From the NCBI RefSeq assembly GCF_006345805.1, contig NC_043002.1, positions 116,126,001-116,190,000 on the forward strand: 64,000 bases of DNA, read 5' to 3'. The position numbers and the translations under genes are program-made. Shown here piece after piece: positions 42,801-52,326 of the stretch. The notes beneath the pieces are model-generated. The model made no database searches. It was not told the DNA's origin and saw only the letters and a program-made list of their open reading frames with translations. This DNA is from Octopus sinensis (Eukaryota). The stretch's first letter is position 1. Every line of letters starts with the position of its first letter.

Positions 42801-44193
42801 TACAATCGTTTCATGCTACTTCATTTTATTAAACACTGTAAGTATTACATCAGTTTTAAAATGTCGAGCAATCTTCAGCCACTTATAGAATTTTCCAATT
42901 AAACGGACAATGCACATTCTTATCACTATTTCATTTGCCAACATTATAAAGAGGGTAGATATATAGACAGAGAGGTTAATTTCATTCTTAAGAACATGAT
43001 AGTAGTATGTTCATTTTCTGTCTCTAGATATTATCATTGAGTTCACTTTGTTATTTAGATCTATCAGTGGGGGAGGTTTTTTTAATTCTTGGTTGAATGG
43101 AGACAAACAAGAGTTTTTTCTGTTTATAGATAGAGGTAGGGGTAGGTAGTACAGATGTCAAACCCATAAATCCATCCTCATTTTGAGGAATTCAGTTTAG
43201 ATATATTTGAATGTATTATAGCAAAAAACTAGTAGGCTGAAGTTAGTGGGGTAGGGGGAATAGAGACTACTAATTCTCTAGAGGTTTTCAATGTCCCTTA
43301 CCATTTAACAGCCAACTTTTATATTAAGAATTTTAAGTAAATATCCTTTAGATAATTTTCTAAAGGATTTCAATAAATATTAGGGATAGAAAATATAGAA
43401 ATCATTTCATATTTATATAAATATATATATATATCCATTTCTATTAATATAGAATCATAATTAGCTAGTAAATGGTGATTTGTTTTATTAATGAGATGAA
43501 TTAAAAGAATGTTAGACATAATATTTACAAACTGTGGAAAATCAAATTTATCAATTTAGCAAATATATCAGGAGTCAATAAGATATATTAAAAAGTAATG
43601 GAAGGGAGGTAATCAAGATGAACCAAGTAATTTCCCTAGATATATAGAATTTTATGCAATCCCATATAGGAGAGTATCAAAAAATTCTAATTTCATTATA
43701 TTTAAATTTATTTATATAATGAAATTTCTTAGTAATCTATGCAGGTTAAATAAAAGCTAGTATGGTATATAAATTTCTTATTTGGTTACAAAATATTAAG
43801 ATTTAAAATACTCAAATGTACGGGTGGCACAATGTATACAGGATGCTCCCAGTTCGGAAATGTTATTCAATAAGTTTGTATTATTTCTATGTTTTAAAAT
43901 TTCATATGTCTCCATAGAACAAAGTTCACATCCATCCCTACTATTTTTATAAGGCTGTGCTTTTCTTATTATATCGCATTTTAGGTTAAATTCGATATTT
44001 TTTTCTTTCAGTTCCCACATTTTACTGGACAGCATTGTGCAACCCACTTTATGTTTAAGTCTAAAAGAAGAAAAATGGTTGTTCAAACGTTTCTTTAGGT
44101 CTATCGAACATCCTAAATAAAGATAGCTATTATTTAAAGTCATTATTGTACATTTATAAATTACATTTTGAACCAGACAACGACCATATATTA

Positions 44194-44256
<63 letters not shown>

Positions 44257-44517
44257 TATGCTTTCTTTCTATACTGTGTTTTGTCTGGCCTTTTTCACCT
44301 GCTCATTACATTTTATCAATTTCTGACTACCCTTGGACACTCTTCCAAACTCTCTGAACCTTTTACCATCGTTGCCTAATTTTTACTAATTTTTGAATGT
44401 TTTCTCACAAAACTCATACATTTCGCTCCCATCTCCAAATTTTAGTTTAAAACCTTCAAACCAATCTTGTTATATATATATATATATATATGTATATATG
44501 CACCTATCATATATCTG

Positions 44518-44606
<89 letters not shown>

Positions 44607-47600
44607 TTATCTGTCTGTCTGTATATATGATAAGTACAGGCATAACTGTGTGGTTGAGAAGCTTGCTTCCCAACCATGTTGTCCCCTGTTCTGCCCCCAC
44701 TGCATGGTCTTTTACTATATCCTCAGGCTGACCAAAGCTTTGAGTGGATTCAGTTGATGGAAACAGAAAGAAGCCTGTTGTATATATTGGGTTGTCAGAT
44801 AAATTTGTTTTATTTCATTACTTTTAATAGTCATTGTTCATCAACAGTTTTAATAAATCAGTCTATAAAATATTGTTATATTTCAAGATGATCATTTTTT
44901 CCCCAAATAAACACATGCACTATATATTCATTCTTCACTTCAGATTTATTATTGCTCTTAATTTTTTGTCCATTAGACCTTTGTCTATAAAGTATCCTCC
45001 TTTAATTTTCACAACTTCTTGCTAACTTCTTAATGCTTTGACTAGAAATCACTGGGTCTTGACATGGTTGAGTGTGATTAGAGGGAGTTTTGAGTGTTAT
45101 TACTACCTGCTTGAGCAACTTCATAGTGACTTCCTCTTTGGCTTGTTATTGTTAGTGTTCCAATTGTTAGTGTTCCAAAGTAGGAATATGATCAAACTTC
45201 TAATAGCCATAGTTATTCATACCTTTTCTTTTTGGTTCAAACACAGACTGTCGTGAAGTAGTTTGTTCTTTCTTTGTTAATGACTATAAATGTGTTTTGA
45301 GGGAACTTTGGCTACTTAGTTAAGTAACTGCATAGAGGTCTTCTCATTGATTGCACAAACATTAAATAGAATTGAATGGTTAGATGTCCTTAAAAATTAA
45401 ACTCTTGTTTTCATTATCAATTTATTTTTCTTTTCAAAAGCTTATATATGTATGTATCAATAGTTATATATTGATTTGTGCTTATTATAGAATTAGAAAG
45501 CTCTTATGATGTTATATTTTATATCTACATTTGGATCTGCATTGTTGGCTCTTCATTTAGGTTAAAGTTTCTCTTTTGAGTAATTTTCAGGAACCATTCA
45601 TGACTTTATAATAAAATGATTCATAATTCTTTTATATTTTTAAACTGTCATTTACAGACTTTATATTTTGAAACATTTTATATATGTAGTAGAAAGTAAT
45701 AAAATTTTATGTTAATAAATTTTTGAAGTCTAATTTTGGCTGATCTTTCCCAATGTTTAAGATAATTAATTTTTGATATTTGTAAATTAAGTTAAAATAT
45801 TGTGTCATATTCTTAACTAAATTTAAAACAAATATGCTGATTAAGAATAAAAGACTTTCAGAAGGTATGCTATGGAGCTTCAATAAATTTTACCAACTTG
45901 AAAAAAACTATTTGAAATTCCTGTTTATGATGTAAATATATATATATATATATATGTGTCCTATAGCTGTACATCATTAATGTATAGTTTAAATCAGTAT
46001 GTAAAGGATGTTTAGAAAGTATTACTGTTTTAATTAGTAAATTTCCATTAGACATTATGAAGTTCATGAGTATTTGTTATATAGTTTTGGGAAATATCCT
46101 TTGGGATTGGGCCACTGACCATGAGGTTCTTGTCAGCATTGGCGGCTTGCCTCACCACAGTGTCAGGTGATACCTGTGAGGGTGCTTGGCTTTCCCAATG
46201 CCTTAGCCTTGCCATCACCTGTGCTAATGCTGAGAGCATGCTGGCTTGCTTCGTTAGATTCCGTTTAACCTTGTGGTGTGCAGCCAGTTGCTGTGATAAA
46301 AAAAATTACCTACAAATGGTTTCAATACAGTTTTAACAGAAAAATTTGGAAGAATTAGAAGAAAGTTCTCCAGTAATTTTCTTTCATGTAAATGTTTATG
46401 TTAATTTAAGAATTTTTCAGCAAAATCTTATAAAATGACAATTTTCTAAAATAAGTACATTTTTGAAATATTATTATATCATAAAGTTTGATTACAGAAA
46501 TATCTAAAAATATTTGATGATATTTTAGCTTGGCATTAAAGGGAAGACTAATCATAATTGGATTCATCACACAGTATCACTCTGAGAAACCATTGGAAGT
46601 GAAGCCGGATCTTCCACGGAAGGTAATTGTTGTATTTCCTTCAGTTTTGTTTATGTTTATTATTTCTATGTTTTAATAGTTTATTAGTTCTGTTTATTAG
46701 TTGTCTGTTAGTAGGTTTGATTGGATTATGATAGAAATCAACCAACTTGAAACATTTATGATTATTGCCAATCATCTAAAGTGCTAAAAATATTGAGTTA
46801 TAAGTTTTTAAATATTTCAAATTTGATTGATGTTTCAAAACTTTTATGTATTATTTTATATTTGATGTTTTATTTTGTTAATAAGTCAGCATTACTAATC
46901 AAAAAGCATATACATACATATAATAGATAATTCCAATTTTTGTATTGACTGCTATTTCTAGCATGCTGAGCTAGCTACGATATAGATGCTTTCTTGTTGG
47001 CTTTGACTTCTTCGTTGACTTGACATTTCTATACATGATAAAGACAAACCTTATCATTAGAAATATGAAGTTCTCAATACTTAATTTTCAAACAAAACAA
47101 ACTGACTTTTTTATTTTGTAGTTGTTAACAAAATCTGCAAGTTTAAGAGGTTTTTTCCTACTTCACTATTTTTCACATCTTCCGGAATACATAAATAAGT
47201 TGATCGCTCTTTTGATGAAGAAGGAAATAAAAAGCTTTGTGTTTCCTTCTACTTTCACTGGACTTGAGATGATTCCAGATGCTGTTGAGGTAACTATTCC
47301 CTGCTATTTGTCAAATTAATTAAGTCTTATTTTATAAATTTACTGTCTTAATTTTTTAAATTTATTAATCATGGAAGAGACTTTCATTTTGAAAATTTCT
47401 GTACTATGTTGCTTAATCTCAGAAATATATCTCCTTGTAATATATTAAACATTTAAAATCCTTTCATCAGTGTTTTCTTCCTGAGTGAAGGAATATTCTG
47501 AAGGTCTACTGATGAAATAACAAACATAATCAATTATATTCTGAGTACAGTTTTTTCCCAGTATTAGTTCCTTTCATCTTTTATCAATACCTAACTTACT

Positions 47601-48462
47601 AAATCTCAATTATAGTTGAGAATAATGTCTGACAATAATGTCTGAGCATAATGTCTGACAAAATCAATGATTATGAATAATAACCTTTTATCTTTGAAAT
47701 GTAACATTAACTTCATAATGCCTGATGTTATTTCTTACATTAAGTATGAAGCCTCTGATTTATGTAGGAGGAGATAAGGGAAGGACTTCCATCTGAGATT
47801 TTCACACTGGATAGCAGTGACAAAGAATTGAAATACAAAACTGTCTGATGTGTGGTGGTAATTTTGCAATGTTGATGAAAGATCTTGATTTGATGTTAAA
47901 ACTGAATGTGAGCTAAGATATATTTAGAAAAGAAGCCATACACTCTCAACACTCACTATACACAGTCAATAGCTAATATATCCTATCCTTTTATAAATGC
48001 CCACCTAAAGGTCAATAAATTAAACTCTGCTTTTTTTATTTTAAAATACCTTTGCCACCCATATTTTTTTCTTTACTATTATGAAACAAAATAACTCCTA
48101 TTTAAGTTACAAACATGTATTTACCAAAATCGATAAACTTATGGCTATTGTATATTATTTATATAATTTATATAATTTTGCTATTGAAGCTGCATTGAAC
48201 TAGAGAGATAGTATTGGTTTTTTTTTTTGTGATTTGCAAACGTTTATCAACAAAATTTCAATATTGTATGTGCATTCCTGTTCCTGAATTCTTTTCTATT
48301 TTATCAATCAATCTTAAGAAAAATATTTTAATTATTTTGTTGCATATTGGCAAAACTAATGATTTTTGTATAATTTATTCTAATGTGTCTTTTCAATTTT
48401 AGTCGCTGTACAAACAAACTGGTCATGGTAAAATAGTAGTGGAGCTCAATGCAGAAAAGTAA
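1878..48462 (+). CDS. PTGR3: Prostaglandin reductase 3 / ZADH2-like MDR oxidoreductase, 5'-partial; join(1878-1973,4940-5038,5470-5509,10157-10185,22123-22197,34842-34913,40537-40598,46529-46622,47122-47289,48403-48462)
   Basis: All ten exons have AG/GT boundaries and compatible phases, totalling 795 nt (264 aa plus TAA). The joined peptide has VLVTAAAGGTGQFA, HVIGTCSSDEK, GCDRPINYK, GIDVIYESVGG, KGRLIIIGFI, KSASLRGFFL and GKIVVEL, which I recognise from vertebrate PTGR3/ZADH2. Confidence 0.92.
4940..5038 (+). CDS. PTGR3: PTGR3-like exon (IVSASKVLPVPYLGSEFLPLLVSGLTASISLDQ)
   Basis: cctttAG acceptor, GTaagt donor, 99 nt. Confidence 0.92.
5470..5509 (+). CDS. PTGR3: PTGR3-like 40-nt exon (VGCIKSGETVLVT)
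   Basis: tgaAG acceptor, GTgagt donor, ends in phase 1. Confidence 0.9.
5769..9484. repeat. 24-bp minisatellite, about 155 units of TTTAAAGAGTATTCTA[T/G]AACCAAT
   Basis: Variant base recurs every 24 nt from 5785 to 9481; only two other substitutions noticed (7380, 7579). Confidence 0.98.
10157..10185 (+). CDS. PTGR3: PTGR3-like 29-nt microexon encoding the Gly-rich nucleotide-binding motif AAAGGTGQFA
   Basis: ttaAG acceptor, GTaagt donor; phase 1 entry matches the previous exon. Confidence 0.9.
10905..11125. mobile_element. piggyBac-type MITE
   Basis: TTAG|CCCTTCAGCATTCA ... TGAATGCTAAAGAG|TTAA: imperfect TIRs and TTAA-like target duplication. Confidence 0.65.
11225..11475 (+). mobile_element. 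SINE with probable RTE-type 3' tail; related copies near 21095-21405 (+), 4497-4805 (-) and 38345-38765 (-)
   Basis: Recurrent GGAGTGGTTGG(T/C)(G/A)TTAGGAAGGGCATCCAGCTGTAGAAAC...ACCCATG...CATGGAAAGC followed by (ATG)n. Confidence 0.65.
12409..12448 (-). ncRNA. Hammerhead ribozyme copy in the inverted arm
   Basis: Exact reverse complement of 14720-14759. Confidence 0.78.
13174..14583 (+). CDS. PLE reverse transcriptase (C-terminal part) plus GIY-YIG endonuclease, no internal stops
   Basis: SFDVVNLYTSIP, YRQKSGIAMGT, RFLDDCF, LPFLDI, KCGRSNCATC, NIIYVIKCSGCHQDYVGST. Confidence 0.93.
   Translation, partial: SFDVVNLYTSIPHNYGLEAIQFWLDQFPEEIPKRISKEFITKSIEFILHNNHFMFDNTFYRQKSGIAMGTRAAPVIANLTMGYMEIIIYQESLSIFGNSLSQYIKENWKRFLDDCFILWNENIDKLLKFKNLLNSINPNIQFTMEYNQKELPFLDILIKKINLKIETDIFYKATDAKQYLLFNSCHPRHTKTNIPFNLARRICTIVSEQNTRNFRLQELKNTLIDRHYPAQLIEDGIRRATEINIETLRKVQHNNTPSPKILPYISTYNPRNKEAFTIITQNLPILHKNPKLKEILNIHQIIKSYKQPKSLKKILTKAKLSSKITDAKVKKCGRSNCATCPNLLEGSEFFFKEGQKFKIKSNFTCASENIIYVIKCSGCHQDYVGSTGLSLRRRCTLHRQQIAFPEYRMIPFSEHIEKCAKQLLPQFLIFPFYQCAFGSSTQMRLNKETFFIEKYKPRLNHPNILTQRN
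14720..14759 (+). ncRNA. Minimal type I hammerhead ribozyme (U3-A8 core variant, palindromic stem III)
   Basis: AAGAAAT-TTGAAAA-GC(TACAC)GC-GAAA-CCGG-TA-ATTTCTT: 7-bp stem I, GUA cleavage triplet, ACCGGT palindrome, in the PLE 3' region. Confidence 0.8.
15651..16050 (+). mobile_element. Abundant tRNA-head SINE family; other copies or fragments near 25158-25573 (-), 29060-29440 (-), 31030-31410 (-), 32197-32757 (+), 44640-44785, 51120-51257, 55130-55290, 56120-56260 and 58533-58745
   Basis: GGCGCAAGAGTGGCTGTGTGGT (A box)...GGTTCAGTCCCA (B-box-like)...GGCACCTTGGGCAAGTG...ATGACTGAAACAAGTAAAAGAG recurs many times. Confidence 0.85.
18156..19869. mobile_element. Old element with about 90-bp terminal inverted repeats, possibly a decayed PLE
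   Basis: 18156-18245 aligns by eye with the reverse complement of 19785-19869; the interior has only weak RT-like peptide traces. Confidence 0.4.
22123..22197 (+). CDS. PTGR3: PTGR3-like exon (VQWAKHVGCHVIGTCSSDEKVEFLK)
   Basis: ttccAG acceptor, GTagga donor, 75 nt. Confidence 0.93.
26706..26990 (-). mobile_element. Interspersed repeat (SINE-like); related fragment near 41830-42060
   Basis: Shared CAGCTGAGT(G/A)GACTGGAGCAATGTGAAAT.AAGTGTCTT.CTCAAG...ACAATG block. Confidence 0.55.
28141..28195 (+). ncRNA. Hammerhead-like core with broken stem I
   Basis: CTGAAGA-TAGC...GCTT-GAAA-CGG(GATT)TTG-TA; stem I does not pair cleanly. Confidence 0.45.
30585..30803. mobile_element. piggyBac-type MITE
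   Basis: TTAA|CCCTTTTGATAC ... GTAACGAAAGGG|TTAA. Confidence 0.8.
31910..32170 (+). mobile_element. Decayed RTE-clade LINE fragment; more C-terminal remnants near 33390-33720
   Basis: SNSIWCTQCTIWVHKKCSG...FICKRC and IEAVGSFSYLSDLISC; later KVEGICERGRPWK. Confidence 0.6.
33825..34191 (+). mobile_element. tRNA-derived SINE, well-preserved copy
   Basis: A box TGGCCCAGTGG, B box GGTTTCGATTCC, tRNA-like head, (ACAA)n tail, CpG retained. Confidence 0.75.
34842..34913 (+). CDS. PTGR3: PTGR3-like exon (SIGCDRPINYKKESVKDVLKTEFP)
   Basis: ttcccAG acceptor, GTtagt donor, 72 nt. Confidence 0.93.
35958..39591 (+). mobile_element. Decayed L1/Tx1-like LINE with nested insertions
   Basis: APE N-terminus MVALRVGCMNVCDL...MVAITET; RT HVDDFTVIVSD at 37618; KLSLKGQVEVANAHIASLITYRLTVVPC; CPRC remnant near 38960; ends AATAAAAGAA then (ATT)n. 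Confidence 0.8.
37245..37590 (-). mobile_element. Tc1/mariner 3' fragment nested in the Tx1-like LINE
   Basis: Minus-strand GCVKDHIYVPPLPTNLNDLKHRITTAI...WEEF transposase C-terminus; TA plus TIR-like (T)AGGGTTATTCAAAAGAATG. Confidence 0.75.
39592..39869. repeat. (ATT)n microsatellite tail, interrupted
   Basis: Direct reading. Confidence 0.9.
39870..40095 (+). mobile_element. Second SINE family (GG(T/C)GGCGAGCTGGCAGAA head); copies near 41345-41570, 49381-49600, 49610-49825, 50745-50960, 53160-53565 (tandem) and 62900-63050
   Basis: Recurrent TTCAAATTCCGC.GAGGT..ACTTTGCCTTTCATCCTTT.GGGGTCGATAAA.TAAGTACCAG core. Confidence 0.8.
40537..40598 (+). CDS. PTGR3: PTGR3-like exon (NGIDVIYESVGGEMFETCLN)
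   Basis: tttcAG acceptor, GTaaga donor, ends in phase 2. Confidence 0.93.
42796..42883 (-). ncRNA. Type I hammerhead ribozyme with a long stem II loop
   Basis: Minus strand AGTGG-CTGAAGA-TTGCT...AGCAT-GAAA-C(GATT)G-TA-CTACT; about 0.9 kb 3' of a PLE GIY-YIG fragment on the same strand. Confidence 0.65.
43796..44185 (-). mobile_element. PLE GIY-YIG endonuclease C-terminal fragment, 5'-truncated at (TA)n
   Basis: NVIYKCTI...YLGCS...KKRLNNHFSSF...CELCSMETYEI...LLNNISEL..SCIH. Confidence 0.85.
44515..44610. repeat. (TCTA)n microsatellite
   Basis: Direct reading. Confidence 0.9.
46529..46622 (+). CDS. PTGR3: PTGR3-like exon (LALKGRLIIIGFITQYHSEKPLEVKPDLPRK)
   Basis: ttttAG acceptor, GTaatt donor; phase 2 entry matches the previous exon. 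Confidence 0.9.
47122..47289 (+). CDS. PTGR3: PTGR3-like exon (LLTKSASLRGFFLLHY...FTGLEMIPDAVE)
   Basis: tttgtAG acceptor, GTaact donor, 168 nt. Confidence 0.92.
48403..48462 (+). CDS. PTGR3: PTGR3-like last coding exon (SLYKQTGHGKIVVELNAEK*)
   Basis: ttttAG acceptor, GKIVVEL motif, TAA at 48460. Confidence 0.88.
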   Translation, partial: SLYKQTGHGKIVVELNAEK

Positions 48463-48517
48463 TTTCAAATCAAGTCTTTATATTTTCTGTGTGTTAGTGA
48501 GGAGCACATATACATAG

Positions 48518-48597
48518 AATAAAACAAAAAAATATACTTTAGTCATTTCTATGTATATAGTTACTAGTTGTAAAAATCAAATATACTTTTGAATAAA
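48518..48597 (+). promoter_or_regulatory. Candidate polyadenylation signals
   Basis: AATAAA at 48518-48523 and 48592-48597, downstream of the stop; this hexamer is common in AT-rich DNA. Confidence 0.4.
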
Positions 48598-50415
48598 AAG
48601 TTTACAAACAAATATGATTTCATTCTTGTGTTGGTATTTTAACATAGTTAAACAAGCACAAAGTAAGGAGTAACACTATGTTTTCTTGACACCCATTAAA
48701 ACTTGTTTAGCATTGCTTGTGTTTCAATGTATTTTCTGTGAATCTTTGTATCCAGCCTGCTTTCTGTTACCAGAAAATCATAATTAAACAAAACATTCAT
48801 TTTATATCCTTGTATTGGATATATAATATAATGAAGCAGTGGGGAAAGAAAGTATATACATGATGCACTACTATTAATATTACATGAGACTTAACACTCG
48901 ATATCAAAGGTTCACAATGAACTGCTTTCCAACATGATCTCCAATCACTGACAGCGATTGGTTGGAAACCTCCACAACAATTCACTTTGTTCTTTCACAT
49001 CCAAGAGGAAAGTTTCGTAGATTTGCACATCATGCCAGACAATATCGCTGCTGCTGCTGCTGTCATTGTCCTTGTTGTTCTAATGTCTACTTTCCATGTG
49101 TGCACGGGTAAATGGAAGTCTGTTGGTCAAAACGTTTAGATGGTCCGACACTCTTCCTGTGGTCAATCTCACTTGTTTCTGAGCATCGAAATAATCTCTC
49201 CAGTCTATTGAACAACAAACAAATGAAAGAAATAATCTATAAGTGGATCAGAATTTAAACCAAGTGGAGTCTCATTCAGCTTCAGGGCAGTCACAACTAG
49301 CCACCAGTCAAGCTGTTTGCATAATGGTTAATAGTAAAAAAAAAATAGTTTCATAGCTTGTTGATATTTCTTTGATTCAAGGGTGGCAAGCTGGCAGAAT
49401 TGCTAGCACACTAGACAAAATGCTTAGTGGCGTTTCAACTGTCTTTATGTTTTGTGTTCAAATTCTGCTGAGGTCAACTTTGCCTTTCATCCTTTTGGGG
49501 GTTGATAAAGTAAGTAGCAGTTGAGCACTGGGGTCCATGTAATTGACTTACCTACTTCCTCAAAATTACTGACTTTGTGCTAAAATTTGAAATCAATATT
49601 TTAAATTCAAGGGCAGTGAGCTAGCTGAATCATTAGTACACCAGGCAAAAAACACTTTCACGGCATTTCAGCTGTCTTGATGTTCTGAGTTCAACTGAGG
49701 TCAACTTCATCTTTCCTCCTTTTAGGGTTGATAAAATAAGTACCAGTTGAGCATTGGGGATGATCTAATTGACTTGGCTCCTTCCTTGAAATTTCTGGTC
49801 TTGTGTCAAAATTTTAAATCAATATTTGTTAGATTCATATGCTCTCTCCTTAGGAGTTAAAACCTCAACATTTTTTTGGCAAAGGATAGTAATGTTATTT
49901 TTGGAAATAATTATTCATATGCTTACTGATGTGATTCATAATAGGAATTGGTTGGTAAAATGCCACGAGTTTTTAAGGTCAGTTCTATGGATGGGTAGTG
50001 CTGTAAATATACGATGAGGTAGAGAACTTGTGGTAGGCATATATGAATATTCTGGATTGGGTATGGATAGGAAGAAGGAATCTTCTGACTGAAAATTTTA
50101 TCAAGGCTGAAGGTGAGAAAGATTGGGAAGAATTCGAAATTTCTTATAGGGAATCAAGAAAATATAAATTTGTTGTGGCTAGTGTATTGTAATGGAAGGA
50201 CCAACAGGATGGAAAAGGAAATTCCTTTGGTATGTGTGTGTGTGTGTGTGGAGTGTGTGTGTGTGTATGTGTGTTTGTGTAAAAGAGATGGAAGTATAGT
50301 GGCTCAGCTGATAGTATGGGCTTGGCTAAAGGTTACATCAGTGACCAATTTAATGTGTAAAAAAATGGCACATCTCCTTGGATATAACAAAGAAGTTTTT
50401 GTTACTCAGCCAGTA

Positions 50416-50625
50416 CAAGGGTGTGCTGAAAAGTTCTTTGCTTTAAGGGTTTCACGTAAAGCCAGGCCCAACCTTTCGAGTTCTTTTACAGGGCTTAGAA
50501 AAACTGAAGGACCACTGCAATAAGTGTGTGAATTTGAGAGGGGAATATGTTGAATAAAATTATGATTAACTGATCCTTTTGTATTTTCTTTTCCCCAAGG
50601 ATAGGATCTTTTCAGCACCCACTCA
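50416..50625 (+). mobile_element. Mariner-derived MITE
   Basis: TA|CAAGGGTGTGCTGAAAAGTTC ... GATCTTTTCAGCACCCACTCA|TA; interior encodes a ...CNKCVNLRGEYVE* transposase tail. Confidence 0.75.
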
Positions 50626-51275
50626 TAGACTTGAACTTGGAAAGAATATGGTAGCTTTGATGTTTCATGAAAAATGAGTGTTTAAGATAGGAGTGAAAAG
50701 CAACTGAGAAGGTGGAGGCTGTCAATATTAGTAGTAATTATAAGGTGATGAGCTGGCAGAATCAATAGCACGCCGGTAAAAATGCTTAGTGGCATTTCTT
50801 CTGTCTTTATGTTCAAAGTTCAAATGCCACCAAGGTTGACTTTGCCTTCTATCTTTTGGGGTTGATAGAATATGTACCAGTTGAACGTAATCAATGTAAT
50901 CAACTCATCCCTGGTCCCAAAATTGCTGGCATTGTGCCAAAATTTGAAATCAATATTAGGAATGATGTACTAATATTGAGATAAGGAATGCTAGTATCAA
51001 TGTGGTGGAAGTGAATTCCAGCACAAAAAGAAATTATTAATGAAACATAAAATGTATGAGGCTTTGGATAAGTGAAATGGTATTGATGCAATCACTAATG
51101 GAACTACCAAATAACTCAAGTTTAATGCCCAACCACTTGGTTCCAGGTTCAGTCCCACTGTGTGGTGCCTTGAGTAAGTGTCTTCTACTATAGCCATGGG
51201 ACAACCAAAAGCCTTGTGAGTGGATTTGGTAGATGGAAACTGAAAGAGGCTTGTCGCATATATATATATATATAT

Positions 51276-52277
51276 ATAATTAATCAATATAGGGTGGCAA
51301 AAAAAATTTTGTAGAATTCTTTTGCCACCAGCGGCCTAGTGGGAAAAAATGAAATAGTCATAGACCATTTTTAAGTTCAACATCAACAATCAAGGAACGG
51401 CCATAATAGGCCATTCACCCACTAGAAATAACAGCCAAAGCTTCAACCGCAAATAAAAGTCAACTCCATAAATCAGGAGAAAATTTAAAAAACATTTACC
51501 CTGTAATTTCTTATACGATGCACCGTTTCATCTGCTGTTTAATGGTAAACTAACCTGATTAAATTAAATCAAGCCAATCTTCCATAGGCCCTCAGATTCT
51601 TTAATTTAATCAGGTTAGTTTACCATTAAACAGCAGATGAAACGGTGCATCGTATAAGAAATTACAGGGTAAATGTTTTTTAAATTTTCTCCTGATTTAC
51701 GGAGTTGACTTTTATTTGCGGTTGAAGCTTTGGCTGTTATTTCTAGTGGGTGAATGGCCTATTATGGCCGTTCCTTGATTGTTGATGTTGAACTTAAAAA
51801 TGGTCTATGACTATTTAATTTTTTCCCACTAGGCCGCTGGTGGCAAAAGAATTCTACAAAATTTTTTTTTTGCCACCCTATATTGATTAATTATGAATTT
51901 TCTGGTTAATTCCGTAATGGAATCGACGGCTTATATTTATTTGCTGCCGATAAATTTGGCGCGAGTGCGATGATTTGAAAATTTTAGGTCAGATATTACC
52001 TTGGCAGGGTCGGAAATGCCTCGTGAAAATATCTGTTCCGACTTGTGGCTATTTCTTACTGAAGAATCTGAGGGCCTATGGAAGATTGGCTTGATTTAAT
52101 TTAATCAGGTTAGTTTACCATTAAACAGCAGATGAAACGGTGCATCGAATAAGAAATTACAGGGTAAATGTTTTTTAAATTTTCTCCTGATTTACGGAGT
52201 TGACTTTTATTTGCGGTTGAAGCTTTGGCTGTTATTTCTAGTGGGTGAATGGCCTATTATGGCCGTTCCTTGATTGT

Positions 52278-52280
<3 letters not shown>
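51276..52280 (+). mobile_element. Non-coding PLE/retrozyme-like element: inverted arm plus about 1.4 tandem copies of a 495-bp unit
   Basis: 51276-51567 is inverted to 51601-51894; CAGATGAAAC at 51634 and 52129 gives a period of 495; (TA)n on both flanks; contains an HHR. Confidence 0.75.
52051..52157 (+). ncRNA. Type I hammerhead ribozyme with extended stem II; this copy reads GAA at the cleavage triplet
   Basis: ATTTCTTA-CTGAAGA-ATCTG(58 nt)CAGAT-GAAA-CG(GTGCAT)CG-AA-TAAGAAAT; the sister copies read CG-TA (GUA). Confidence 0.78.

Positions 52281-52326
<46 letters not shown>

Noticed and set aside
47460-47520. CTGATGA motifs on both strands
   Set aside because: No stem II, GAAA or NUH arrangement could be completed
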